A stretch of 24,072 nucleotides of DNA from Polyangiales bacterium (GTDB lineage: Bacteria; Myxococcota_A; Polyangia; Polyangiales; Polyangiaceae): positions 1 through 24,072 of the forward strand of contig JBBRNJ010000112.1 in assembly GCA_038230375.1 (NCBI GenBank), given 5' to 3'. The notes under the pieces were generated by a model that saw only the letters and a program-made list of their open reading frames with translations, was not told the origin of the DNA and made no database searches. The translations under genes and the position numbers were made by a program. Positions 1 to 8,731 of this stretch are shown here, piece by piece (within the stretch, counting starts at the first letter, position 1; the number at the start of each line of letters is the position of its first letter).

Positions 1-201
1 CGATGTGCCCGATGAGCGCCGGTAGTACCTGCCCATCGCGACCATGGTGACGCCAAGGACAACTTGCAGGTGCAGCGCGCCGGCGAAGCTGGCACCGAGG
101 ATGCGATGGACTTTCGAGTACGGCACCTTGCGCACGAGCCCCACGCCCAGGACGAGGACGAGAAACCGAAGTCCTGAATGCGCGTGGAATAGGCCCGACA
201 T
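1..201 (-). pseudogene. 5' part of a small membrane-protein gene (HAHSGLRFLVL-type), apparently frameshifted near nt 20; runs off the window edge
   Basis: ATG at 201 gives MSGLFHAHSGLRFLVLVLGVGLVRKVPYSKVHRILGASFAGALHLQVVLGVTMVAMGRYY. Adding one C at about nt 21 gives a hydrophobic continuation YYPALIGHI. TGC-TAGGGC lies 6 nt upstream of the ATG. Confidence 0.5.
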
Positions 202-259
202 GAGGCTGCCCTAGCACAGCTCGCAACGTGTCGCGGCAATTGCCCCGTCTACTCGGGCT

Positions 260-324
260 GCGATCACAGCCGGGTGTGATCCGCGATCACAGCCAGGTGT
301 GATCCTCAGCTGCCGATGGCCTTC
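260..324. repeat. 65-bp dispersed element, copy 1: two tandem 23-bp palindromic units plus tail TCAGCTGCCGATGGCCTTC
   Basis: Units 260-282 and 283-305 each contain GATCACA-N6-TGTGATC; 61/65 identical to 22218-22282 by manual alignment. Confidence 0.9.
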
Positions 325-550
325 AGCGAGCCTTCTTCTTCGCCGCCTTCTTGATCGTCGCCTTGGGCTTGTCCGCCAGCGCTGCTTGAAGGGCCTCGAA
401 CAATGCCGGGTCGTCACACTGAACGGTGTGCTGCACCATCGACGCGACGATCTCCGTCGAGCCCGCCGCGAAGATCATACCGTCGTCCGCGTTGTAGCTG
501 AAGGCGCGATACGCCGGTGCGCCGGTCCAGTCGGCGAGCTCTCGGATCAA
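323..550 (-). CDS. Small hypothetical protein (75 aa) with Lys/Ala-rich C-terminal tail
   Basis: TTG start overlaps the upstream gene's TGA (TTGA); protein-like composition; tail KPKATIKKAAKKKAR. Confidence 0.55.
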   Translation of the reverse strand: MIRELADWTGAPAYRAFSYNADDGMIFAAGSTEIVASMVQHTVQCDDPALFEALQAALADKPKATIKKAAKKKAR

Positions 551-2700
551 GCGGTGGGGAGGCGAGGCGGCGCATTCGACTTCAGATCTCTTCGGACCTC
601 GGCGAGCTCACGCTGCCACGACTTCATGTCGGCCGCGCTCCAGTCGCGCCCGAACGATGCGCGCGTGAGCGGATGGAAGCCGATGTCGACCAGCCTGACG
701 TACTCGTAGGTCGCCTGCGGCGTCCGCGTCGCCGCTCTGCGGGTATCGGCGTGCGGCCCACGATCCACCAAGCGCGCGTAGGCCACTGCGATGTCCGGTG
801 ACTCGAGGGTCGCGTTGCGCGTCTCGTTGGAAGGCGCGCGATCGATCGCGGCGGCCACGGCGAGCGCGCCGAGCGGATGCGCGAGCGCTCGCCTTCGTGC
901 ATCCTTGGCATCCATGGAAGCGTCGTCACGGGCTCGCGCCTGGAGCTGGAAGAATGCGCTCATCGCCGAGGCCGCGCGGGCCTCGTCCTTCTTCGTCACT
1001 TGCTTCGGCGGCACGACGAGCGGAGCAAGCTGCAAGCTCGAAGGCGCCTTGGTGGACGCGCGAACCGCCCGCGCGGTCGCGCTGGCAATGGCTCCGCAGA
1101 GCTCCTGGTCCGCGACGAGCACGTGCGGGAATTCCAGCACCCGGAAGATGCGTGCGTGCGGCTTGGTCTCGGCCGTCCAAGCAAAGCGAGTGACGATCCG
1201 CACGCCGCCTGCGACTGGCGCCTTCGCGTCTGCGAGCTTCAGCTTGCTCGCGGCGCGATCGAGCGGGGCAAATGTCTTCACGTCCAGGAGCGCAAAATCC
1301 GCGTCGAGCTTGCCCTTGCCATCGTGGAGTGCGAACGGCACGAGCTCTACCTCGTCCTTTGAAAAGCCCGCAAACAGGGCTTCCACGGCGCTGCGTCGCA
1401 CGATGATCGGGCCGGCCTCTCCGTCACCAAGCGCGAAGAGGTGTGCGCGCGACTTCTGCTTCCGAAGGCGTCCCTTTCCGCCGTACTCATCTGCCATGAA
1501 GACGCCGCTCCCCGGCGCGCGGCGGGCGATGGGATCGAAGAGCTGGGCGCCCGCAGTGCGGACCGAGCCGCTCACCACGCCGCGCCCGTCGGACGCGAAG
1601 CCGATGATCGCGAACGCGCTCACCGTGTCTGTCGCAGTTGCGGGCGCTGACGTCGCCGCGAAGCGCTCGGCGTTCGCGCGCGCGCGGAGCTCCACGTCCG
1701 TGGCGTGGTAGCCGAGCGCGCGGCGAGTCGTGGCGTTCACGTCGCGGTCGATGTGGACCGCATATTCGGTCGCCGCGCACTCGTCCCTGGCTGCGCCTCT
1801 TCGTGTCACGGCGTGCGCCGCTCGATCTACGTCGCGCGCGTACGCGTACGCGTAGTACGCGTGTCGCGCAGAGGCCGCGCGCGTGTCCTCGGCCGGCGCC
1901 GCGTCCACCAGGCGCGCGGTCCAGTACGCCCAGATGCTGCTCGCGAGCGTGAGCGCGCGATCCCTCGCGTTCGATTTGCGTGCATCATACATGCGATAGA
2001 AGGCGTCGGCTGCGGCTGCTGCGTCAGGCTCCCTCTCCTTCAGCGGCGGATCGGTGTGTCCGTTCAGCATCCCGAAGCGCGGCCCGGACTCACCGACTTC
2101 GATGGCGGGGCCGAGCGCCCTTGCAAGCGCATCGAAGAGCTTCTTCTCCAGCAAGAGCACGCTGGGCTGCTCACCGAATCGGAACATCGAGAGGCGAGGC
2201 GCGCGCTCGGGCCCGAACGGCGTCTCCTCCGGGACCCACTGCAGCAGCGCCGAATAGGGTCCTCGTGCGTCCTCGTTGAAGGCGCTGTCCGGCAGCCTCG
2301 CGCGGTCGGCGGGGAAGCGCGCGAGCGACTCCACGCTGACGAAGTCGTCGTCGATCACGCCCTTCTTCCAATCGAGCCTCTTGGAAGGATGCGCGCCGTA
2401 GACGTGCACCTGTCGTAGCGCAACCTCACCGGCGAGGATCGCTGGGCGTAGCACCGGCTCGGCAAGGCTTCGGCGCAAGATGAGGAGGCTCGGCAGCTCG
2501 ATCGCGTTCGCCCACGCCACGCCCTTTGCGAGCTTCACATCGCGGTGCTTGGCAGGGAAGATGGCGAGCGGGCCCGGCGGCATCGGATCGTCGGGTCGAA
2601 TCCACGGCTCACGTACCTGACCGGGCCCGATGAGCTCGCCGCCGGCGAAGACCTTGTGCTTCCTGGACGGTGAGGCGACGCGGATCGGCACGAACGTCAT
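547..2700 (-). CDS. Hypothetical protein with two tandem modules, each an Imm11/DUF1629-like domain followed by three 26-aa helical repeats
   Basis: Long ORF (ATG at 2700; track start 2706). Motifs 'IIVRRSAVEAL..EVELVPF..DFALLDV..LDRAAS..IFRVLEFPHVLVADQEL' recur in the N-terminal half; YARxVDxxPxxxTRxA repeats. The Imm11 call is by motif resemblance only. Confidence 0.7.
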   Translation of the reverse strand: MTFVPIRVASPSRKHKVFAGGELIGPGQVREPWIRPDDPMPPGPLAIFPAKHRDVKLAKGVAWANAIELPSLLILRRSLAEPVLRPAILAGEVALRQVHVYGAHPSKRLDWKKGVIDDDFVSVESLARFPADRARLPDSAFNEDARGPYSALLQWVPEETPFGPERAPRLSMFRFGEQPSVLLLEKKLFDALARALGPAIEVGESGPRFGMLNGHTDPPLKEREPDAAAAADAFYRMYDARKSNARDRALTLASSIWAYWTARLVDAAPAEDTRAASARHAYYAYAYARDVDRAAHAVTRRGAARDECAATEYAVHIDRDVNATTRRALGYHATDVELRARANAERFAATSAPATATDTVSAFAIIGFASDGRGVVSGSVRTAGAQLFDPIARRAPGSGVFMADEYGGKGRLRKQKSRAHLFALGDGEAGPIIVRRSAVEALFAGFSKDEVELVPFALHDGKGKLDADFALLDVKTFAPLDRAASKLKLADAKAPVAGGVRIVTRFAWTAETKPHARIFRVLEFPHVLVADQELCGAIASATARAVRASTKAPSSLQLAPLVVPPKQVTKKDEARAASAMSAFFQLQARARDDASMDAKDARRRALAHPLGALAVAAAIDRAPSNETRNATLESPDIAVAYARLVDRGPHADTRRAATRTPQATYEYVRLVDIGFHPLTRASFGRDWSAADMKSWQRELAEVRRDLKSNAPPRLPTA

Positions 2701-2752
2701 GAGCAAAGGTTCCTAGAATCCGCCGCGTCGCGCAAGGTTGAACGGGCCTCGC

Positions 2753-2788
2753 CGACAGTCAGCGAAGGGTCTTCGCTTTGCCAGAACG
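2753..2788. repeat. About 35-bp dispersed repeat, copy 1 (CGACAGTCAGCGAAGGGTCTTCGCTTTGCCAGAACG)
   Basis: Matches 22070-22104 with 2 substitutions and 1 indel. Confidence 0.85.
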
Positions 2789-2866
2789 CGCTGGGAACCG
2801 TCCCCTGCCCACGCCTTCGGCTGCGGCACCACACGCGAGCGCAGCTTGCCAAGCGGCACAGCAGGC

Positions 2867-3160
2867 TCAGCGGATCTCCGCCCGGCACCAGCCCCTCCGG
2901 CGTCGTCTGTACCCGCTCCAAGCTCGTTCACCCATCCTTCGCGCTCGTCCCAGCGCTCGATCGCGCGCGGCGACGGAATCGTCTCGCGCGCGGCAGGAGC
3001 CGAATCCAGGGGGTGGCGGCGGTGGCGGCCGTGCAAGTAGCGGCGGCGGCGGCTCCACCGTGTCTTCGGGCTTCTTGCTGGCACCGCAGCCCGTGCTGCC
3101 GAGCGAGATCGCCAGCCCCGGCGCCACCACGCACCACGCGCTCTTGTTCGCTGTCTGCAT
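2867..3160 (-). pseudogene. Probable truncated or frameshifted lipoprotein gene
   Basis: Signal/lipobox-like N-terminus (AISLGSTGC) and Pro-rich linker, then Arg-rich off-frame-looking sequence; AGGA upstream of the ATG. Confidence 0.4.
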
Positions 3161-3183
3161 GTGACATTCCTACCGGAGTGAGC

Positions 3184-3954
3184 TCACGGCGGAGGCGGCT
3201 TGTCGATGCGAATCGTGAAGACGATGTGAGCCGCCGCTTCGTCGCCGGCGAGCGCGGGCCTCACCGAGGTGGTGATGCAAGTCGTCACGTCGGCGGCTGT
3301 GGTCTTCGGCGTCGTGACGATGGTCTCAGCCCCGTTCCCGGCCGACCGTGCGTCGACGGTGATCGGTGCGGCGAAGAGCTTCGGATTCTTTCGCGCGAGC
3401 GCGGGAAGGCATCGGGCGACGTTTGATTCGATCATCTCGATCCCGCCCATCGCGCGCGCTCGCTCGGGCGGCGTCTGACCTGGCTTCGGCGTCAGACCGA
3501 TCTGGATGTATTCGGTCGCCAGGGAGCCAATGCCCGTGAGCGGGGTGCCAGTGCCAAGCTTGATGTTGCTCGAGTCGCTCACCGACACGCCGCAGCTGTT
3601 GGCGACCTGGGAGAGATCGACCGGCTGCGGTTGCGCGCCAAAAATGTCGACGTTTGGATCGTGCGGTGGCCTCACGGGCGCCTTCAAGGTCCGCGCGACG
3701 AACATCGCGATCTTCGCTCCCCGCGGCGCGGGCGGAGGCGGAGGTGGCGCTGCGCTCGTGGAGGGCGGGGCAACCGGAGCTGCGCTCGCCACAGGGGTCG
3801 CGCTCGCCGAAGGCATGATCGCGATCGGCGTTGCACTGGCCGCAGGCATGGGCGGATCGGCGTGTGCAGTCGAAGGCGATTGCGGCGGCGGATCCTGACA
3901 GGCACCGAGCGCGCCGAACGCCGTCACGATCACCGCGGAGAAAGCCCTGCTCAT
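3184..3954 (-). CDS. Putative lipoprotein with Pro/Ala linker and C-terminal globular domain
   Basis: Lipobox ALGAC; low-complexity linker; C-terminal domain with Cys residues; TGG-TACCTT 6 nt upstream of the ATG. Confidence 0.75.
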   Translation of the reverse strand: MSRAFSAVIVTAFGALGACQDPPPQSPSTAHADPPMPAASATPIAIMPSASATPVASAAPVAPPSTSAAPPPPPPAPRGAKIAMFVARTLKAPVRPPHDPNVDIFGAQPQPVDLSQVANSCGVSVSDSSNIKLGTGTPLTGIGSLATEYIQIGLTPKPGQTPPERARAMGGIEMIESNVARCLPALARKNPKLFAAPITVDARSAGNGAETIVTTPKTTAADVTTCITTSVRPALAGDEAAAHIVFTIRIDKPPPP

Positions 3955-4001
3955 GAGGCGAAGGTACCATCACATGGCGCGCGCGCGCTCCTGGAACGCG
4001 C

Positions 4002-6095
4002 TCAGGGGTGAGCCACCACGATGAGCGCGTCTGCTCGGCGCGTCACGCATGCAAGCGCGCGCTGCAGGGTCTCCGGGTCCAGCGCAGCGAAGCTCTCGTC
4101 CAGCACCACCAGCGTGGGCGACTGCAGAAGAGCGCGTGCAATGTACACGCGGCTTCGCTCGCCATGCGAGAGCTGCCAGCCGGTCTCCCCGACGCTCTGC
4201 TGGAGACCGGCGGGCATCGTGTCCAGTAGTCGCCCAAGCCCCAGCTCGCGACAGATCTCCTCGGCTCGAGTGAGATCTTCTGGTGCGGGCGGCCACGCGC
4301 GGCCCATGAGAAGGTTGAATGCGAACGTCGCCGAGATCACGTGGTTCTCATGAAACTGCGGGACGAACGCGATACGACGTCGCCACTCGACTGGTCCGGT
4401 GGTGTGTCGATCGAGTCCGTTCACCAGCACGGTGCCCGACTCGGGTACGCCAATCCCCGCAATGACCTGTGCCAGGGTTGACTTGCCGCCCCCCGATGGT
4501 CCCTCGAGCAGGATGCGGTCGCGCGGCCCGATGCGCAGATCGCAACCGCGCAGCACGGGGTCGCCGGTGCCTCGATAGCGGAACACAAGACCCTGTGCCG
4601 ACAGCACCGCGGCGTCGGGGTCAACATCATGGCTGTTCGACGGCGAGGCTCGGTCTGCGGAGCCGAGGAGATCGGTACGGCCACCGCTCGCGAATAGAAG
4701 GCGAACGCGCCGCCAGGCGATCGCGAACGTGGCGAGATCGCGCGACCCCAGAGCGAGCTGCTTGATCGCACGAGCCCCCAGCAGCACGCCACCCAGAGAG
4801 ACCGCGAGCGCCGAGGTCTTCGCCGTCGCTGACACCAGAGCAGGTACCAGCGATGCGATGCCCACGAGAACGAAGCCCGCGGGCGCCAGGATCGTGAGCC
4901 AGGTGCCTGACCGATCGAGCGCGCGCGAATCGGCGAGGTACTGAGTGAGCTCGCGATCGTCAGTCTCGTGCCAGCGCTCGCGCGGTTCTTGTGCGACCCG
5001 TGTCCGATGTCCGACCATGCGTTCCACGAGATCGTGCGTGAGGCCGAGACGTGCGTCCGTCCACACCCTTCGCCGTCTTGTGTACTGCACCGCAAGGAAG
5101 ACCGAGGACACCACCCAGAGAGTGAGCGCGATGACCGGAAGCAGCGGAGCCGCACCAAGCGCGAGAACTGTCATGGCGACCATGAGATCGATGAACGCCA
5201 TGACCGCCGACACCCCACGCGAGGAGGCCAGCGTCTCCACCGTGTTTGCCTCCAGGGTCCGCCCGAGAAGCTGTCCCGCCCCTTCCGCCCGCATTTCTTC
5301 GGGATGAAGCCGCAGCGCCCCCTCGAGCAATCGCCGTTTGACGACGGAGGCGCCTACGGTCGCAATGCGTCCCTGGGCAAGCAGCTCGACGAGGCGCAAG
5401 GGGACCAGGGTCAGGAGCAGAAGTGCCCACGCGCATAGCCAGCCACGATCGATCCGTCCTTCGAGCGCTGCGCCACCGATCGTCCACCACCCCAGAATAG
5501 CGAGCACGTACTGAGCCGCGTGCGCTGCCACGACGACCCCGATACCGCGCAGCACGCCCGCCGCTCGCAGCTGGTCCCGAAGAGCGGACGTCGTCGGCAG
5601 CCGGACCAACCAGATGCCCGATATCTGCCGCGCAGCGAGCCGCTCTCGGAGCAGACCGGCGCGTGCGCGCTCCCGTCTCCTGGGTTCGATCCGCGTCTTG
5701 TCGAGAAGCGCGTCGATCGCCGCGGCCGCCGGAGCCACGAGCGGGCGACCCACGACGGAGATGAGCTCCGCGATGGGAACGCGCGCCACTCCATGCGGAC
5801 CCACCAGGACTGACCCTCTGCGCCCGCCGCGAAGGAGTGCAATGATGCGGTCGTCGCCGTCGTCGCCGACGATGCGTAAGATTGCCGGGCCCGCGCGTTC
5901 GAGCAGGGTGGGGATGTCGTGGATCTGTACGGCAGCTGGCTCTGCCTCCAGGCCAAGGCGCGCGGCACCACGCTCGACGGTGGCGTCCTCCCCGTGACCA
6001 GTCGAGTGCACTGGAAGTCCCGCGGCGTGTGCGAGTGCCTCGAGCGCCGCGTTGACCTCGGTGACGCGCCAACCATGATTCGCAAGCACGCTCAC
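4002..6095 (-). CDS. ABC transporter (TMD + NBD) whose N-terminal domain lacks the C39 catalytic motif
   Basis: TM helices; Walker A GPSGGGKS; signature LSHGERSR; Walker B VVLDES; start overlaps the upstream stop. Confidence 0.9.
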   Translation of the reverse strand: MSVLANHGWRVTEVNAALEALAHAAGLPVHSTGHGEDATVERGAARLGLEAEPAAVQIHDIPTLLERAGPAILRIVGDDGDDRIIALLRGGRRGSVLVGPHGVARVPIAELISVVGRPLVAPAAAAIDALLDKTRIEPRRRERARAGLLRERLAARQISGIWLVRLPTTSALRDQLRAAGVLRGIGVVVAAHAAQYVLAILGWWTIGGAALEGRIDRGWLCAWALLLLTLVPLRLVELLAQGRIATVGASVVKRRLLEGALRLHPEEMRAEGAGQLLGRTLEANTVETLASSRGVSAVMAFIDLMVAMTVLALGAAPLLPVIALTLWVVSSVFLAVQYTRRRRVWTDARLGLTHDLVERMVGHRTRVAQEPRERWHETDDRELTQYLADSRALDRSGTWLTILAPAGFVLVGIASLVPALVSATAKTSALAVSLGGVLLGARAIKQLALGSRDLATFAIAWRRVRLLFASGGRTDLLGSADRASPSNSHDVDPDAAVLSAQGLVFRYRGTGDPVLRGCDLRIGPRDRILLEGPSGGGKSTLAQVIAGIGVPESGTVLVNGLDRHTTGPVEWRRRIAFVPQFHENHVISATFAFNLLMGRAWPPAPEDLTRAEEICRELGLGRLLDTMPAGLQQSVGETGWQLSHGERSRVYIARALLQSPTLVVLDESFAALDPETLQRALACVTRRADALIVVAHP

Positions 6096-8731
6096 GGCCG
6101 GTCACCGACTGCGGGTGGAGCTTCCTCGCCGGAGACCTCGCTCAGATGCCCATCCTCCATCCGGATGCGACGCCACTCTCCGCCCTTCCAGAGTGAATCC
6201 AGCACCGCGTGCTCCGCGTCGAGCATCGCGCGGTAGCGAGAGGCCTTGTTCGCGGCGAGCTCGCTGGGCGCTCCGTCCTCCACCACGCGACCATTCTCCA
6301 TGACGAGCACCCGCTCGAAATGCAGCGTTTCGGAGACATCGTGCGTGATGCAGATCAGCGTGGCGGACTTCCACCAGGCGCGCGCGCGCTCCAGCAGCAT
6401 GGTCCGTCGGTCCCGTTGGAGGCCGCGAAACGGCTCGTCCAGGACGACCAGGCGCGCATGGTTGCGCATCATCGCGCGGCCCAGGCGCACGCGCTGCCCT
6501 TCACCGCCCGAGACGAGCGCACCTCCCTCGCCAAGCGACGTCTGCAGCCCGTCTGGCAAGCGATCGAGCAGGCCATCCGCCTCCGAGACCTCCAGCACGC
6601 GCGCGAGCAGATCGCCTGCGTCGCTTCCAGTCCCGTATCGAAGGTTCTCCAGTAGCGTACGGTTCCAGATCTGGATCTGCGGATCGACCCATGCGATGTC
6701 CTGGCGCAGCCGATCGAGGTGCGCGCGGTCGAGTGGCATGCCATCGACGAGAAGCTCACCCGTTGACGCCCGGTGCCACCCGAGCAGGAGGCCGGCGAGG
6801 CTTGATTTGCCTGCTCCCGATGGTCCGATCACGGCGACCTGCTGTCCCGGCTCGATCAGGAGGTCGATGCCTGAAAGGACCCGGTGTCCGCCAGCAAGGA
6901 CGCCGACTCCACGCATCTCGACGCGAGCCGCGCCGTTGCCAGGTCGGCCCGGCGCGGCGTCCTGTGATTCATCCTCTTCCAGCGCGCCGAGCGGCTCGAG
7001 CAGGCGCAGAGTAACGTTGCGCTGACTCGGATATTGCCGGAGCGCTGTCGAGATCTCTTCGCTCAATGATGGCAGCGAAAGGCCCCAGTACACGAGCAGC
7101 AGCACTCCACTCGTGTCGTCGACACGCAGAACGTAGCGAACCACCATGATGACCACCACGGCGGTGACGGTCGCGTATTGCAGGACGGCGCTGAACGCAG
7201 CTGCGTTCACGAGTCCGCGGCTCGCGCGCATCCACTCGACGAGCAAGCTCTCCTGTTCGCGACGCAGAGCTTGCTCGGCCCCATGGCTCCGCACTGGCAT
7301 CAAGCCGAGCAGCGCATCCAGCGTCAGCCGTGCGAGCGCGCCAGCGTGCGTTCGAACCAAGAGGTCGCGCTCCAGCAATACGGGCTGAAATGTCAGCGGG
7401 ACAGCGATGACGATGATGCACGCTAGCGCAGCCAGAGGAGCACTGGCGGGATCGAGCCAAGCGATAGCCAGCGTCGTTGCGAGAAGCTCGGTGAACGACC
7501 GAACGAGCCCGCTCGCCAGCTCGGGTAATCCGCGCACCCCGTGAAGTGCGTGCGCGCGCTCCGCCATGTCGCTGATGGGACGGCTGTGGAAGTAGCGGTC
7601 GGCGAGGCGAGGGATCTTCTCCAGGAATGCCGTGCGAAGCCGCATCTCCACCTGCCGACCGAGACGGAGCGTCCCAACCGCGATCGGTCCGTCGAGCGCT
7701 CTCACCGCGGCAAGGAGGGTGATGAGGGCGAGGGCTCCGCCAAGGCGTTGCTGGACGGTGACCAGGTCTCGCGGAAGATCGAGCGCGGCGCGAAAGACCA
7801 CGGCTTCGACGAGCGCGCCCACGCCCGCGAGCACGGTGGCGATCAGCAATACGGCCGGCGACAGCCACCCCGCCGCGCGCACGAACCGGTATACGGAGAG
7901 CAGCGGACGAGCGGCCGGCTCGTCGAGGGCGCGCGCGAGATCGCGCGGCAACGCGGCGCGCTTCTCGAGCACACCGCTCGCACCGCTCACGCGGAGTAGC
8001 ACCGCGCCTCGCATGCGAACCTGGCCCGGCGTGGCACCAGGGACGATGCGACCCGTGAAGTATGTGGGCGGGATCCCTTCCTCGTCAGCGATCGAGGCAG
8101 ACAGCATACGCGTCGCCGCCGAACCGGCGGTCAGCGCGCCGTTGCGAATGAGGGCTGCAAGCATGCGCGTTCCCGCATCGAGCCTCGATAGTGAACGCCA
8201 GCCGTTCGACCTGGCGTCAGCGAGGAGCGCTCGATCGCTGCAACCGATGTCGCGCAGCCGCCGCTCGAGCGCACCGATGAATTCGTCTCCCTCCATCCAC
8301 TCGCCAAATACCTCCTCCGGCACGTCCGTCTCGTGGACGTACAGGCGCTCTAGAAGATCGCGCCGGCGCCAGAACCGGCGACCGCTCTGCGGGTCCATGA
8401 TCTGGATCCACGGACCATGGCTTCGCCAGACCACGACGAAATGGGTGAACCCGTTCGGCAGCCGCGTGACGACCAGCGCGGGCAATGCAGCGGCCTCCGG
8501 CAGCAGCAGATGATCGACCGGTATCATGATCTGCTCCGCGTCCAGACCAAGGCGAACGGCGATGTCCTCGATAGTGTCGATCGACGTGCCATCGACGTCG
8601 GTCTGGCAGGCCTCGCGGAGCCGACCGTAGCTCGCGTGGACGCCAAAGCCCTCCAGCAGGCATTTCAGTGACGCCGGGCCGCAGTCCATCATCGACGTCT
8701 GCACGACCTCGGGCGCCAGGAAGCTGGTCAC
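6092..8731 (-). CDS. Peptidase C39-containing ABC transporter (PCAT)
   Basis: QTSMMDCG, HFVVVW and IMDP give an intact Cys-His-Asp triad; TMD; GPSGAGKS, VSGGEGQR, VVLDEP, ITHD. Confidence 0.93.
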   Translation of the reverse strand: MTSFLAPEVVQTSMMDCGPASLKCLLEGFGVHASYGRLREACQTDVDGTSIDTIEDIAVRLGLDAEQIMIPVDHLLLPEAAALPALVVTRLPNGFTHFVVVWRSHGPWIQIMDPQSGRRFWRRRDLLERLYVHETDVPEEVFGEWMEGDEFIGALERRLRDIGCSDRALLADARSNGWRSLSRLDAGTRMLAALIRNGALTAGSAATRMLSASIADEEGIPPTYFTGRIVPGATPGQVRMRGAVLLRVSGASGVLEKRAALPRDLARALDEPAARPLLSVYRFVRAAGWLSPAVLLIATVLAGVGALVEAVVFRAALDLPRDLVTVQQRLGGALALITLLAAVRALDGPIAVGTLRLGRQVEMRLRTAFLEKIPRLADRYFHSRPISDMAERAHALHGVRGLPELASGLVRSFTELLATTLAIAWLDPASAPLAALACIIVIAVPLTFQPVLLERDLLVRTHAGALARLTLDALLGLMPVRSHGAEQALRREQESLLVEWMRASRGLVNAAAFSAVLQYATVTAVVVIMVVRYVLRVDDTSGVLLLVYWGLSLPSLSEEISTALRQYPSQRNVTLRLLEPLGALEEDESQDAAPGRPGNGAARVEMRGVGVLAGGHRVLSGIDLLIEPGQQVAVIGPSGAGKSSLAGLLLGWHRASTGELLVDGMPLDRAHLDRLRQDIAWVDPQIQIWNRTLLENLRYGTGSDAGDLLARVLEVSEADGLLDRLPDGLQTSLGEGGALVSGGEGQRVRLGRAMMRNHARLVVLDEPFRGLQRDRRTMLLERARAWWKSATLICITHDVSETLHFERVLVMENGRVVEDGAPSELAANKASRYRAMLDAEHAVLDSLWKGGEWRRIRMEDGHLSEVSGEEAPPAVGDRP

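Noticed and set aside
260..305. Tandem palindromic units as a CRISPR array or CRP site
   Set aside because: Only two abutting units with no spacers and no cas genes. The junction TGTGA-N7-TCACA has 7-nt spacing, not the 6 nt of a CRP site.
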